The translations under genes were made by a program, and so were the position numbers. From Leptospiraceae bacterium (GTDB lineage: Bacteria; Spirochaetota; Leptospiria; Leptospirales; Leptospiraceae): a stretch of 64,000 nucleotides of DNA. The stretch's first letter is position 1; each line of letters begins with the position of its first letter. Where the stretch lies: assembly GCA_016708435.1 (NCBI GenBank), contig JADJFV010000035.1:128001-192000 (forward strand), read 5' to 3'. This document shows, piece after piece, positions 39,770 to 50,539 of the stretch. Below the pieces are notes generated by a model. The model was not told the DNA's origin and did no database searches. It worked only from the letters and a program-made list of their open reading frames with translations.

Positions 39770-41353
39770 ATGTTTAAACGAAACCTTATTTTTTATTTAT
39801 TAATTTCCACTTTCTTTTTTTCCTGCATTCCTCCTTTTCAGAAGAAGGAAAAAAAAGACAATCTTGGTCTTTACCTTCTGGCTGCTCGATTATTAAATAC
39901 TAACTCTTGTGTCGGCGGATTTTGGGCGCTGAGCCTTACCTCGAATGCTTATTCTTGTCAGCCCGCTAAACTTGTGGCATCAGGCACCAATATTGAAATT
40001 TATGAACAGACAGGTCTTTCGGCTGAGACAAATTATTCTGGCTTTAAGTATTCCAATGTTGTAACTGCTTTCGATACGATTATATATCCCAAGATGACGA
40101 ATGCCTTTGGTGCTCCTACTGATATTGATGGGAATAAAAAAATTACTGTTTTTGTTTTAGACATCGGGAGTGGAGTAGGCGGCTATGTTGATCCAGTTCA
40201 GTTTATTCAAGACTACCCCGATGATATTACGTTTAGGTCAAATCAGAAAGAACTCATCTATCTAGACGGCAACGCCTTATTAGCCCTTCGAAAGAAAGAA
40301 TTGTCTGCTAACTTGCCGGATACTTTTTTATCTAGCCTCGCTCATGAATACCAACACTTAATCAGGATGCAGCATGAGCTTGGGTTTAAGACTCTTATCC
40401 GCACACTAGATGATGTTACGAATAAAACTTTGACCTTTGATGATACTTGGATCAATGAAGGAACGAGTGAAGTGGCAAGTGATATTGCAGGTTATGGTCC
40501 ACAATCTTCTAGAATGGCATGTTTTAGAGGGGATCCTGCAACTAGTTGCGTAGAGGGCGCTGCTGGTTTTTCGCTTATTACATGGGAATCGTCTATTCGC
40601 AATTACGCGTCCGCTTATACTTTTATGTCCTACTTATACAATGTATCTGGAAGCACGGATACTGAAAAGACTGCGTTTATTAAAAATACAGTTGTGGGTA
40701 ATAGCTCTAAGCTTCGAGCCAATACATTGACTAATATGATGACTCTTTTTCAATCTGCGGCTAAGTATAATTCGACGCTTCTAGGTGCTGATGCAACCGG
40801 CATATATAGAAGATTATATGCTACCTTTCTTTCGCAGGCATTTAATCCAAATCGATATCCGGGAACATCTACTTTATTTATTGGCACATCTACTATTGGC
40901 ACAATGAGTGCATTACAGACTGCGTATCCATTGCCTTCTGTGTTAAATCCAATTTATACCTACGCGTCCAATTTTGGAATTGTAAAGGGCTCTACATTTT
41001 TAATATACCCATCTGCCTTCTATCGAGTATCTGAAAATTCTTCCATTGCACCGGATAATGTAGACACTGTTAAAATTTGGAATGGAAGCCCAGGTGCCTT
41101 TGGTCCTGAATTTATTATCTTTAACGGAAGAATAGATACAACTCCAGTCTTGTCAAATGGAAGTATTCTTTCTGAGAAGAACTCTTCTGAAGTGAACACA
41201 AGAATGGCTACAACAGAAAATTTGAAATGGACTCCGCTCATTTCTAAGACAGGTGAGTTATTTTGTCCGCATTCTTTTGTTTCAAGAGAACGGTTTGCCG
41301 CTAAACAATTCAATATGCAAAGGCGATTCAATACCAATCAGATATTGAAATAA
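39770..41353 (+). CDS. Putative zinc metallopeptidase lipoprotein (HExxH)
   Basis: Lipobox 'FFSC'. 'LAHEYQHLI' (HExxH) with a downstream 'NEGTSE' glutamate, the gluzincin arrangement. Confidence 0.45.
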   Translation: MFKRNLIFYLLISTFFFSCIPPFQKKEKKDNLGLYLLAARLLNTNSCVGGFWALSLTSNAYSCQPAKLVASGTNIEIYEQTGLSAETNYSGFKYSNVVTAFDTIIYPKMTNAFGAPTDIDGNKKITVFVLDIGSGVGGYVDPVQFIQDYPDDITFRSNQKELIYLDGNALLALRKKELSANLPDTFLSSLAHEYQHLIRMQHELGFKTLIRTLDDVTNKTLTFDDTWINEGTSEVASDIAGYGPQSSRMACFRGDPATSCVEGAAGFSLITWESSIRNYASAYTFMSYLYNVSGSTDTEKTAFIKNTVVGNSSKLRANTLTNMMTLFQSAAKYNSTLLGADATGIYRRLYATFLSQAFNPNRYPGTSTLFIGTSTIGTMSALQTAYPLPSVLNPIYTYASNFGIVKGSTFLIYPSAFYRVSENSSIAPDNVDTVKIWNGSPGAFGPEFIIFNGRIDTTPVLSNGSILSEKNSSEVNTRMATTENLKWTPLISKTGELFCPHSFVSRERFAAKQFNMQRRFNTNQILK

Positions 41354-41409
41354 AAAACTTGTTTATAATTCTGTAATACTCATTCTGGTATTAATAAAAG
41401 GATACGTGT

Positions 41410-42426
41410 ATGCCCGTTGCTGACTATTTTAAAGTGAGTTTTAAAAAACCAGAGTTAAGTGAATCGATCGCTCAGATTATAGAAAAAAAAGCGAAGTTAA
41501 AAAGCCAATTAGAATCATGCTACTCTAGACTCGAGTCTATTGAAATTTGTAACAGCAATGCAAAATCAAGTGATGCTCTTATTCTAGCAAATTATCTCAT
41601 TGCGGATATTGCGAATTTGGCGCTATCTTACTTTAATAAACCCGCAATTTTAAATACCGATAATTGGCTAGATAAAATAAAAACCATTTCCGATGAAGAG
41701 ATTTCTTCTAGTTTTAATGCGCATAATTTGATTCTTACTTCTGCATACAAGACAGAAGAAGAAAAAAGTGAAAAAGTAGAAACCTCTCTTGCTGATTTAC
41801 TCTATTCGATTGAAAAATTTATATTTAAAAAGAACAAAGCTCAGTTTGCAAATCCTGTGGATGATTTTAAAAAGAAATCTGCCATTCAAGCCATTATAAG
41901 CATAATTGTAGTTATCCTCTTGCTCAACGTTGGCATTAAGCAATTCAATAAATTAAAACCAATTAAGAGTGACACTGCAAAAATTTATTTCATGAACGCG
42001 CAAGCTCCTGCACCGGTTGCGGCTAATACGGTTACTGCTGAAGTAAAACCTTCCGAAGAATGGAAAGATGTTAGTTTCGTTTTTCCTCAGCCGACAGATA
42101 TCAAAGACATTAAAGTTGAGCCAGTGCATCAAAATTTTGCAAGGATGCAATTAAAAGAAATAAAATACTTAGATGAAAGTAAAAGTGTATTGAGAGAAAG
42201 AAATTTCCAACTCAGCAAAATTGGAATGATCGAAAACACAGAGACAAATGAAATTTGCTGCACGGAAGACTTGAAGCCAGGAAAACTTATTCCCGGTGCA
42301 TACTTCGAAGTAGAATCAACAAGTGCAAATCCAGCCTTCTATGTAAAAATGGAAAATACGAAAGCAGTAAAAGAAATCATTTTAACATTCCGCTATATTA
42401 AGAATACTAAGAAGTTTGCGGATTAG
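41410..42426 (+). CDS. Hypothetical single-pass membrane protein (cytoplasmic N-domain, TM, extracytoplasmic C-domain)
   Basis: 338 aa with a central TM 'IQAIISIIVVILLLNVGI'. First gene of a tightly spaced four-gene cluster. Confidence 0.35.
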   Translation: MPVADYFKVSFKKPELSESIAQIIEKKAKLKSQLESCYSRLESIEICNSNAKSSDALILANYLIADIANLALSYFNKPAILNTDNWLDKIKTISDEEISSSFNAHNLILTSAYKTEEEKSEKVETSLADLLYSIEKFIFKKNKAQFANPVDDFKKKSAIQAIISIIVVILLLNVGIKQFNKLKPIKSDTAKIYFMNAQAPAPVAANTVTAEVKPSEEWKDVSFVFPQPTDIKDIKVEPVHQNFARMQLKEIKYLDESKSVLRERNFQLSKIGMIENTETNEICCTEDLKPGKLIPGAYFEVESTSANPAFYVKMENTKAVKEIILTFRYIKNTKKFAD

Positions 42427-42432
42427 GAATAT

Positions 42433-43329
42433 TTGCCTCAAATGCTAGTTCAATACATATTATTAATGCGTGTTCACCAGTGGATTAAGAACACCATTAT
42501 ATTTGCAGGGATCATCTTCGGTCACAAGTTATCAGACACAGATGCCTTATTAAAAAGCTTCTTTGCGTTTATCATATTTTCTGTAATTGCTAGTTGCCAG
42601 TATGTAGTGAATGATTATCTCGATAGAAAGGAAGATGCACTTCATCCTGAAAAGAAACATCGCCCTCTTGCCTCCGGCAAAATTGAAGCAGGTCTTGCTC
42701 TTCTGATAACTGTTTTTATTCTTCCGATTTCCTTGATACTTTCTTATACACTCCATCCTTACTTCTTTGCACTCTGTAGTTTTTATTTCGGATTCAATCT
42801 AGTATATAGCAAATATTTAAAACATATTGTTATCTTAGATGTGATGAGTATCAGCATTGGTTTTGTTGTGCGTGCCATTTCGGGAGCGGTTGTGATTGGT
42901 GTAAGCTTTTCGTCTTGGCTTTTACTTTGCACTTTTATGCTTGCTCTCTTCTGGGGATTTAGCAAGAGAAGAGGAGAACTGATTCTATTAGAAAAATCAG
43001 CAACTTCTCACCGCAAAATTTTAGAAGAATACTCTCCTCAGTTTTTAGATTTAATGATGTCGATTGCATCTACAATGACATTGATTAGTTACGTCATGTA
43101 TACCATTAGCCCCGACACGATTCAAAAGATGGGAACAGACAAGCTTGTATATACAATTCCTATTGTTGTCTACGCAATTTTTAGAAGTCTATACATCATC
43201 TACATCAAGAATATGGGGCATAATCCTAGTAAGGCGATACTCACCGACATAAGCGTGTTAGCCTCCGGACTCGTATGGGTTCTCATGGTGACAGTGATTC
43301 TATACTTTAAAATACCTTCTATCCAATGA
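42433..43329 (+). CDS. UbiA-family prenyltransferase (decaprenyl-phosphate phosphoribosyltransferase-like)
   Basis: 'NDYLDRKEDALHPEKKHRPLASGKI' (the first Asp-rich motif) and multiple TM helices. Confidence 0.8.
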   Translation: MPQMLVQYILLMRVHQWIKNTIIFAGIIFGHKLSDTDALLKSFFAFIIFSVIASCQYVVNDYLDRKEDALHPEKKHRPLASGKIEAGLALLITVFILPISLILSYTLHPYFFALCSFYFGFNLVYSKYLKHIVILDVMSISIGFVVRAISGAVVIGVSFSSWLLLCTFMLALFWGFSKRRGELILLEKSATSHRKILEEYSPQFLDLMMSIASTMTLISYVMYTISPDTIQKMGTDKLVYTIPIVVYAIFRSLYIIYIKNMGHNPSKAILTDISVLASGLVWVLMVTVILYFKIPSIQ

Positions 43330-43835
43330 AAGTATTTCGCAAAATCTTAGAGTATTCCTTTTATATTTTAGTCGTCCTTTGCTTTACTTTTTTGCTTTCA
43401 CTCTTCAATGGGAATGGCAGGAAATTAATCTTTCAACCTGCTGATTATCCTTTACTGACAGAGTCAAAGATTTCACCTGAGTTTAATCAAAAAAACAAAG
43501 TCATTTATTTTTGGGCAACCTGGTGCAGTGTATGTCAAACAAATCTTAATCTATTTAAGAGCAGCTACTCTATGTTAAATGGTAAATACAATACAGAGTT
43601 TATCTCGGTAGAAGAAGGCGGCGGGAATGCTTTGTATGTAAAGAAATATATAGAGAAAAATGAAATCAATTTTCCTACTGTGTTTGGAAATCAAGCACTC
43701 TTAGAGGCTAATAAGATTTATGCGTTCCCCACAACAGTCTTTGTTAATGAAAAAAATGAAATTAAATTTATTGATACAGGAATTATGAATCCACTCAGTA
43801 TTTGGATTCGAATCCTGTTTTTATATTGGAGTTAA
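43326..43835 (+). CDS. TlpA/ResA-like thioredoxin-fold thiol-disulfide oxidoreductase (membrane-anchored)
   Basis: 'FWATWCSVCQ' (WCxxC). N-terminal anchor. ATGA overlap with the UbiA gene. Confidence 0.75.
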   Translation: MKVFRKILEYSFYILVVLCFTFLLSLFNGNGRKLIFQPADYPLLTESKISPEFNQKNKVIYFWATWCSVCQTNLNLFKSSYSMLNGKYNTEFISVEEGGGNALYVKKYIEKNEINFPTVFGNQALLEANKIYAFPTTVFVNEKNEIKFIDTGIMNPLSIWIRILFLYWS

Positions 43836-43836
43836 A

Positions 43837-45039
43837 ATGATTGATTTAAAAACGTTACAAAAATTAAAATTGGAATTATTCAATAGTCTAATAGCAGAAG
43901 CTAACCAATCTCTTACTAAATTACCAAAAGAGCATCGCAAAAAGTCTGAGTCAATTCTAAAGCAATACATTGATACAAAGTCGATTGCAGGTCTTGAGTT
44001 GTGGGTAAATGGAGTATCCGAACATCTATATTTTTCAGAAGCAATGAAAGATTTAAAAGAAATCGGAAATGATTCAACTTTACTAACAGAATTTCAATCA
44101 GCTTTCACTGAAACCTTGAAAGCTGATTTTGGAGTAGAGGATTTTCGCTTTATTGAATGGGAAAGGGCTAAACCAACGTATCCGACACTGCAAGGTCTAT
44201 TAAAGACTTACTGCGACCAAGCGCTTACTCCTTGTTATACCCTAAATGACAATGTATTTCTCGGAACAGAATCTGATTTGACTACTTTCGAGAAAGCAGA
44301 TGGTCCTTCTAAGAAAGGAGTGAAAGTAAAAATAGTTCGTAAGAAAACTCCAAAGGAAAAGCTGATTCAAATCCAAGAAGCGCAAGAATTCTTAGAAGCA
44401 TTCTGGCCTGATGGATTTGCGTTATACAAGCTATTAACCGATAAATTGCATATTGTTCAATCGAATGGACTTGTAAGTTACAGTCATTTTCATGAGCAGG
44501 GAATTTCGTATATTAACTTTATAGACAGAGATATACTTGAGTCTATTGATGATTTGATTCATGAAAATGCTCATCATCATCTCAATTTAATCCTAAAGAA
44601 ATACAATCTGATTAAAAAAGAATTTAAAGATGATATTTTTTATTCTCCCTGGAGAAAAACGCTAAGACCTCTTTATGGAATCTTTCATGCTACGTTTACA
44701 TTTTCCTATGCTGCTTTACTTTTTTACCATATTGCAAAATCAGAGAATTGGACTTATACAGACTTAGATGAAACCTATAAGCAGAGAGCCTACTTTCGAT
44801 TTGCCGAAGAAACTCTTTATGTTCAGTATTCTCTCTTTGATTTACACTGGGCTATCGACAAAGGACTATTTACCGCAAAAGGAATTAGCTTGATTGAAAG
44901 CCTGGAAAAATACAACCAAGAATGTCTTTCTTTCTTACCAGATGTAAAAAAGAAAATCAAATCTAAAGACTTAAGGCATGAATTAGACCAAGTGCAAAAG
45001 GTATTACGGGAATGCAGAGCTAAATACAAATTAGCTTAA
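43837..45039 (+). CDS. HExxH-motif protein (putative metalloenzyme; resembles the 'HEXXH motif domain' family seen near peptide-modification genes)
   Basis: 'SYSHFHEQG' and 'LIHENAHHHLNL' followed by 'YSPWRKTLRPLYGIFHATFTF'. The family match is from memory. Confidence 0.35.
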   Translation: MIDLKTLQKLKLELFNSLIAEANQSLTKLPKEHRKKSESILKQYIDTKSIAGLELWVNGVSEHLYFSEAMKDLKEIGNDSTLLTEFQSAFTETLKADFGVEDFRFIEWERAKPTYPTLQGLLKTYCDQALTPCYTLNDNVFLGTESDLTTFEKADGPSKKGVKVKIVRKKTPKEKLIQIQEAQEFLEAFWPDGFALYKLLTDKLHIVQSNGLVSYSHFHEQGISYINFIDRDILESIDDLIHENAHHHLNLILKKYNLIKKEFKDDIFYSPWRKTLRPLYGIFHATFTFSYAALLFYHIAKSENWTYTDLDETYKQRAYFRFAEETLYVQYSLFDLHWAIDKGLFTAKGISLIESLEKYNQECLSFLPDVKKKIKSKDLRHELDQVQKVLRECRAKYKLA

Positions 45040-45115
45040 AGAGAAAATTTAACAGAACGGGGTTAAAAAATTTGAATTCACACTTGTAATCAAAGCTATC
45101 GGTGTGCATCGGTGT

Positions 45116-45682
45116 TTATCTTTTTTTCAGATCTTCCAGTATATTCAGGTTCATCTTTTCGATTAAGTCGCTTTCGAAGTTAAAACGATTGTGATTATCT
45201 TCAGAGGAGAATTGAATCATTCCTTTGGCAAAGAAGTATAACCCAAACCAATAGTTAAGTCTTTGTGCTCGGTTTGATTGAAATACAATGTCACCATTCT
45301 TTTTTAGGAGTCGAAATTTTTCACTTAGTTCAATGGTTTGAAAATAAGGAACTAGGGTTAGAGTAAATACTGTAAAGAAAGGCAAATAGCGATTATTCTC
45401 TTTACGGGTTTGGATTTCTATTTCAAGAATCAAATCTGCTTTTTCTATATCAGTTTGGATATTTGGAAATTGACCACTGTCTTTCAATTGAGCAAGAAGA
45501 GCATTGTAGCTAGATTCGGATTTGCCCTTAAATCCATTTCTATAGGACTCTTGGTTAAGAATGAAATAAACCGAAGACGTTACCGGCTGATTCATATTTG
45601 CCGCTTCTGGAAACAGGGGAAGAGGATTTCCTTTTTGTATGACCGCGCATTTTAAAATGAGTAACAGTAGAAGGAATCTCAT
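45116..45682 (-). CDS. Hypothetical lipoprotein
   Basis: Signal peptide plus lipobox 'ILKC'. Confidence 0.4.
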   Translation of the reverse strand: MRFLLLLLILKCAVIQKGNPLPLFPEAANMNQPVTSSVYFILNQESYRNGFKGKSESSYNALLAQLKDSGQFPNIQTDIEKADLILEIEIQTRKENNRYLPFFTVFTLTLVPYFQTIELSEKFRLLKKNGDIVFQSNRAQRLNYWFGLYFFAKGMIQFSSEDNHNRFNFESDLIEKMNLNILEDLKKR

Positions 45683-46353
45683 TTTGCCTCCCAGTTCTTT
45701 AAGATGTTTTGTATTGCGAGATTTAGCATTTCACTTCGTTTCAAGTTTGCCTCTGTAGCCTTATCATAGTAAAGCAAATTACTATTAAACTCTGTTTGCA
45801 GTTGAATTGGAATTCTCGCTTTCTCCTGATTTTTATTATTGTATGCAATTAAATTTCCTGAATAGTCCATTTTACTAATTGTATCCGGTCCTCCTAAAAG
45901 ACTGTAGACTAAAAACCCATAGGAACTTCTTACCAAGTATTGACTGATTGCAAGACCGGTAAGACCAACTGGGAATAGTAAGTGATGAAATTTTTCTTTT
46001 TCTTCTAATTTGGAAAATTGAAACTCTAAAATGATAGCATTCTCAGGAAGCTTTGTGTCTTTCGAGTAGAGTATATTTACTTTTTCAAATTGATTTAATT
46101 CTCTTACAAACTTATAGAGAGTATAAGTAGTAAATGTATTTACATCCTCTTTGGGATTATCGTGATTAAACTCCGGCAGGCTAACAAGCTTTATCCAAGC
46201 ATGGAGATTCTTCTTTTCTTTTACAGAAAGAGGGTCTTGGGCTGCGAAATGAATTTTGCTTTCTTGATAGGAAAAGCATCCTATGAATCCAGTTGGAATT
46301 GCTAATAGAATAAAAAAGTATTTCAAGATAAAAATAGGCAGATTCTTTTGCAT
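45679..46353 (-). CDS. Hypothetical lipoprotein
   Basis: Signal peptide plus 'FIGC'. Overlaps the downstream gene. Confidence 0.4.
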   Translation of the reverse strand: MQKNLPIFILKYFFILLAIPTGFIGCFSYQESKIHFAAQDPLSVKEKKNLHAWIKLVSLPEFNHDNPKEDVNTFTTYTLYKFVRELNQFEKVNILYSKDTKLPENAIILEFQFSKLEEKEKFHHLLFPVGLTGLAISQYLVRSSYGFLVYSLLGGPDTISKMDYSGNLIAYNNKNQEKARIPIQLQTEFNSNLLYYDKATEANLKRSEMLNLAIQNILKNWEAK

Positions 46354-46461
46354 AAAACAATCTTATAGGGCAAATAAAAAATACAAGTAGATAAATGTAG
46401 GATTGTGGTAACTTGTCCTAAAGAGAAAATTATTCTAGACTTTCTTTAGGATTGATTAATC

Positions 46462-48267
46462 TTGTTGTCTATGAAATCTATTAGTGCATTAATACTGACT
46501 TTTTTATTTTCCCTGTCCCTTTTTTCGCAGTCGAGAACGCCTGAAAATATTCTAGAGCCAAATAAATTTGAGACACCTAGAGAAACATATATAATATTTA
46601 TGAAAGCGATGGAAGATTATCGGAAGGGAATGCAATCCAAGAATAATCAAATGATTGCAGAGCTTGACACAGCAGTGCGATGTTTAAATTTAGATGGCGT
46701 TCCCTTTGCACTGAGAACTGAGAAAGGTAGGGAATCTGCCATTTTACTGAAAGAAGTAATTGACAGAATTGCTGTTCTTGATCCTTCTAGTATTCCCGAA
46801 GTGGGGGATAAGCCTGATATACCACTTACGAAATGGACGTTTGAAAGAACGGAAATCTCAATGACAAAAGTAGAAAGTGGAGAGAGAGCGAATGAATTTT
46901 TATTTTCCCGTGAGACAGTTGCACGAGTGTATGAATTCTATGCAAAGACAAAGCATCTTTCCTATTTACCTAATAGCGGTGGAGGGGCAGGATACAAAGA
47001 TCCCTGGTCAGAAAGTCTTCCCGGTTGGATGAAGTTTAAGATTTCTTCTATTTATGTCTGGCAGATAGTCGGTATTATCCTCTCTATTTTATTTGGTTAT
47101 GTCATCAAATGGTTTACTAAATTTTTAACTCATTTCATTACTCGATTAGTAAACCGTGTGCCACAGGGAAAGATTAATTGGAAAGAAAAATTCCTATCTT
47201 TTTGTGATAAGCCTCTTTCTTATATTGTCACCATTGGATTTTGGTTTTTTTGTTTAGACGTTTTAGATATCGAAGGAGGAGCCTTTAGAGTCAGTAGCAT
47301 ACTCTTACAGATATTACTCAGCATAAACATTATTCGCCTCTTCTATGATTTGACAAAAGCATCTACCGAATACTTAGAAGTAGTCGCTAAGGAAAATAAG
47401 AATGATTTCTTAATTGATGCCCAGATTATCCCTTTGATTTCAAGAACTGCACGGATACTTGTCGTTTTACTCGGAAGCCTATTTGCATTACAAAATCTAG
47501 GTGTAAATGTAATGTCAGTGCTTGCAGGACTGGGAGTAGGAGGTCTTGCACTTGCACTTGCCGCAAAAGATACAGCGGCAAATCTATTTGGTTCTATCAT
47601 GATTTTTCTAGATAGACCCTTTAAACTAGGCGATACAGTCATTGTAGGAGGAATAGAAGGAGATGTAGAAGAAATTGGATTTCGCTGCACACGAATTAGA
47701 ACTTTCTATGATTCAGTAGTGTCTATTCCGAACTCGGAGGTAGCAAATTCAAAAATAGACAATATGGGGCTAAGAAGATATAGGCGCACAAATGTAACGA
47801 TTGGACTTACCTATGATACTCCTCCGCAAAAGATAGAAGCATTCCTTGAAGGGATAAAGAATATCCTTCGTAAGAATGAACTAGTCGTTCAAGATAGAAT
47901 TCATGTAATATTCAAAGGCTTTGGGAGTTCTAGTCTGGATATACTATTAAATTATTTTGCAACCGTTACAGAATGGGGGCAAGACATGATTTTGCGCCAG
48001 AATATTTATTTAGAAATTATCACTCTTGCCAAAGAATTAAAAATAGACTTTGCATTCCCTACGCAAACACTTCATATCGAATCGACACCGGGGCAAACAG
48101 CTATTAAGCGAGAACATTCACAATCTACAGAAGAATTAAAACAAACAGCAAAGAATTTTGCCAGAGAAGGAAAGTCTTCTCGTCCTACAGGTTTTGGTAT
48201 ATTCATTCATCCAAGCCGTGAGCATAAAAACACAGATGTTGGCGTTGAATTCAAGGAGCAGAGTTAA
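46462..48267 (+). CDS. MscS-family mechanosensitive channel with a large N-terminal periplasmic domain
   Basis: TM3-beta domain signature 'IMIFLDRPFKLGDTVIVGGIEGDVEEIGFRCTRIRTFYDSVVSIPNS'. Confidence 0.8.
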   Translation: MLSMKSISALILTFLFSLSLFSQSRTPENILEPNKFETPRETYIIFMKAMEDYRKGMQSKNNQMIAELDTAVRCLNLDGVPFALRTEKGRESAILLKEVIDRIAVLDPSSIPEVGDKPDIPLTKWTFERTEISMTKVESGERANEFLFSRETVARVYEFYAKTKHLSYLPNSGGGAGYKDPWSESLPGWMKFKISSIYVWQIVGIILSILFGYVIKWFTKFLTHFITRLVNRVPQGKINWKEKFLSFCDKPLSYIVTIGFWFFCLDVLDIEGGAFRVSSILLQILLSINIIRLFYDLTKASTEYLEVVAKENKNDFLIDAQIIPLISRTARILVVLLGSLFALQNLGVNVMSVLAGLGVGGLALALAAKDTAANLFGSIMIFLDRPFKLGDTVIVGGIEGDVEEIGFRCTRIRTFYDSVVSIPNSEVANSKIDNMGLRRYRRTNVTIGLTYDTPPQKIEAFLEGIKNILRKNELVVQDRIHVIFKGFGSSSLDILLNYFATVTEWGQDMILRQNIYLEIITLAKELKIDFAFPTQTLHIESTPGQTAIKREHSQSTEELKQTAKNFAREGKSSRPTGFGIFIHPSREHKNTDVGVEFKEQS

Positions 48268-48317
48268 CCATAGAAAAGAAGTATTCAAAAATAAAAATCC
48301 GAAAGGAATTGAATCAA

Positions 48318-49156
48318 TGAAAAAAGCAATTTTAGTTTTGATTGGATTGACTATGCTCGTCCAATGCGGCTCTTTATGGAATGATGTTCCAATACTTGGA
48401 GATGTATTAGGTAATCAAGACGAGTTAGAGAAAAAAGATTTACAAAAAAGAAATCTTACACTCGCAGCGTTAGTCGCGAGCCAACGAACATCCAGTCCCT
48501 CTAGTGGAACCATTTCTGTCGGCTCAGATGGAGTCTCACGTGAATTTCGATCCTGCCCTACAACAGAGCCGATAAGTCCTAAGAGCGAGACTACTGCGAC
48601 TAACGGCTCTATCACTATACGCGGGGGTTCCTCACAAGTAACCTCAAATAACCAGGATGCTTTTTTACAAAAGAAAGAGGGGAATAACGTTGTTTGGTGC
48701 TACTTGTATGATTCCTCTACAGACGACTCGGGGGTAAGCACGATTTACTTCAATGAGAAAAATCTTATCGTAGCATTCACTGTCACCGGTGGTAATACAA
48801 GTCTCAAAGCATCAACAGATGCATTTCAGAAAAGCTATGGTTCAAATGGGGGACCTAAAATAACCTTCCTAGCAATTCTAGATTCCGATACAGGAGCGAT
48901 TCAAAGAGGGACTTTTTTAGGAACAAGAATGGACAGCAATTCACAAGGGAGAGTAAGTGGATTAGGCATTAGCTCCATCTCCGTTTCTGCTTCTGGCTCA
49001 ATCGACTTAAAAGGAAGCGCTTGCTACGATGAAGGCACTGCAACTAATAGTATTGCAACAGATAAAAGTTGCTCGGTCGGCTGCACTGGAAATCCTCCTT
49101 GGTCAGGCTCTCTCAGTGCAACACTCTCTACCTTATCTTCTGGAAAATGTCTGTGA
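48318..49156 (+). CDS. Hypothetical lipoprotein, S/T/G-rich
   Basis: Internal start 'MKKAILVLIGLTMLVQC' with lipobox 'LVQC'. The longer ORF-track start (48158) overlaps the MscS gene. Confidence 0.45.
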
Positions 49157-49268
49157 TCGGATTACGACGCTTATCCGCACATGATGGAGTCATGGGAAGC
49201 CTTGGATAGTTTAGGGATGCCAATTTTAAAATTATATTTTTACGAAATGAACACTAAGGAAGGAATCA

Positions 49269-50414
49269 ATGCTTGAAAAAAATAGACTTGCTTATTTAGA
49301 TTTACTAAGAGGTTTTGCTATACTGGGAATTCTAATTTCTAATTTACCAATCATAGCAGAGCCGCCTTTCAGTATGGTTACTCATCACGATGATTTATCT
49401 CGTTGGGTAAAGCTTTTTAGTCTTTTCTTTGTGGCTGGCAAATTCTTTTTGATCTTTTCATTTGTATTTGGATATGGATTTACCATTTTACTTGCAAGCT
49501 CGGAGCGAAATGGTCTCGATGCAAAGAGAATTTTCTTTCGTAGACTCTTTGGTCTTTTATTTCTTGGAATCCTTCATGCCACATTATTTTTTAATGGAGA
49601 TATACTTGTAACCTATTCATTGTTAGGCGTGGTTTTATATTCTTCCAGAAATATGAAAGATACCAAATTATTTAAAATTGTAGGATTGTTTTGGCTTATT
49701 TCTTTTCTCTGTTATGGACTTCTTGGAATTGTTTCTCATTACTCTTCCATGGAAGATCCAAACCTTACGACGAGAATGATACAAGATTCCTTAACAGGGT
49801 ATTCAGGAAATTTCTTTTTAGCAGTAAAACAAAGAGTAAAGGAATTATCCTACACATTTCCATTTATCCTTTTATTTAATTGGCCTTCTGCTTTCTTTAT
49901 GTTTTTGATTGGATTATATTTAGGGAAAAAAGAATCATTGGCTAATCCTGATTTGCTCTTTGAACGATTTCGCGGCAAATGGTTTTGGATCATTATTGTG
50001 GGGATCATTGGCAACGGATTTTTCTGTTTGGGGCAAATGAAAGAAACCTCTTATTTAGTTAGTTTCTTTTCTACAGCAATGCTCGCTGTCGGTGGAGTTT
50101 GCTTTGCTTTAGTCTACTGTTATGTATTATTTCAATTTTCTAACAGCGATAACTTCCTGCTTTCCAATCTGAGAGAAGCAATGAAGAGCGCGGGCACAAT
50201 GTCTCTTACAAATTATCTTTCTCATTCTATCTTACTTTCTTTTATCTTCAACGGATGGGGACTCGGACTGTATGGAAAATTAAAACCCGAGATTGCATTA
50301 CTCTTAGTCATTCCTATATACGGATTCAATTTAGTTTTCAGTTCTATTTGGAAGAAATATTTTTCTTTAGGACCCTTTGAAATTGTTCTAAGAAAATTTA
50401 CGTATTGGAAATAA
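49269..50414 (+). CDS. DUF418-family multi-pass membrane protein
   Basis: N-terminal 'YLDLLRGFAILGIL' is the DUF418/DUF1624 hallmark; about 10 TM helices. Confidence 0.6.
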   Translation: MLEKNRLAYLDLLRGFAILGILISNLPIIAEPPFSMVTHHDDLSRWVKLFSLFFVAGKFFLIFSFVFGYGFTILLASSERNGLDAKRIFFRRLFGLLFLGILHATLFFNGDILVTYSLLGVVLYSSRNMKDTKLFKIVGLFWLISFLCYGLLGIVSHYSSMEDPNLTTRMIQDSLTGYSGNFFLAVKQRVKELSYTFPFILLFNWPSAFFMFLIGLYLGKKESLANPDLLFERFRGKWFWIIIVGIIGNGFFCLGQMKETSYLVSFFSTAMLAVGGVCFALVYCYVLFQFSNSDNFLLSNLREAMKSAGTMSLTNYLSHSILLSFIFNGWGLGLYGKLKPEIALLLVIPIYGFNLVFSSIWKKYFSLGPFEIVLRKFTYWK

Positions 50415-50539
50415 TTTTACATATTAAAAAAAATTCTGAATACTTATTGCCCAATGAAATTTGAGTAGCATGGCTAAAAATCCTTTTTTCCTTTACAATT
50501 TATAACAATTAGATTAAACTAAGTAAAGGAGAAAAACAA

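Noticed and set aside
48158-48317. The long 5' extension of the lipoprotein ORF overlapping the MscS gene by 110 nt
   Set aside because: The internal Met at 48318 gives a canonical signal peptide plus lipobox. The extension is an artefact of longest-ORF calling.
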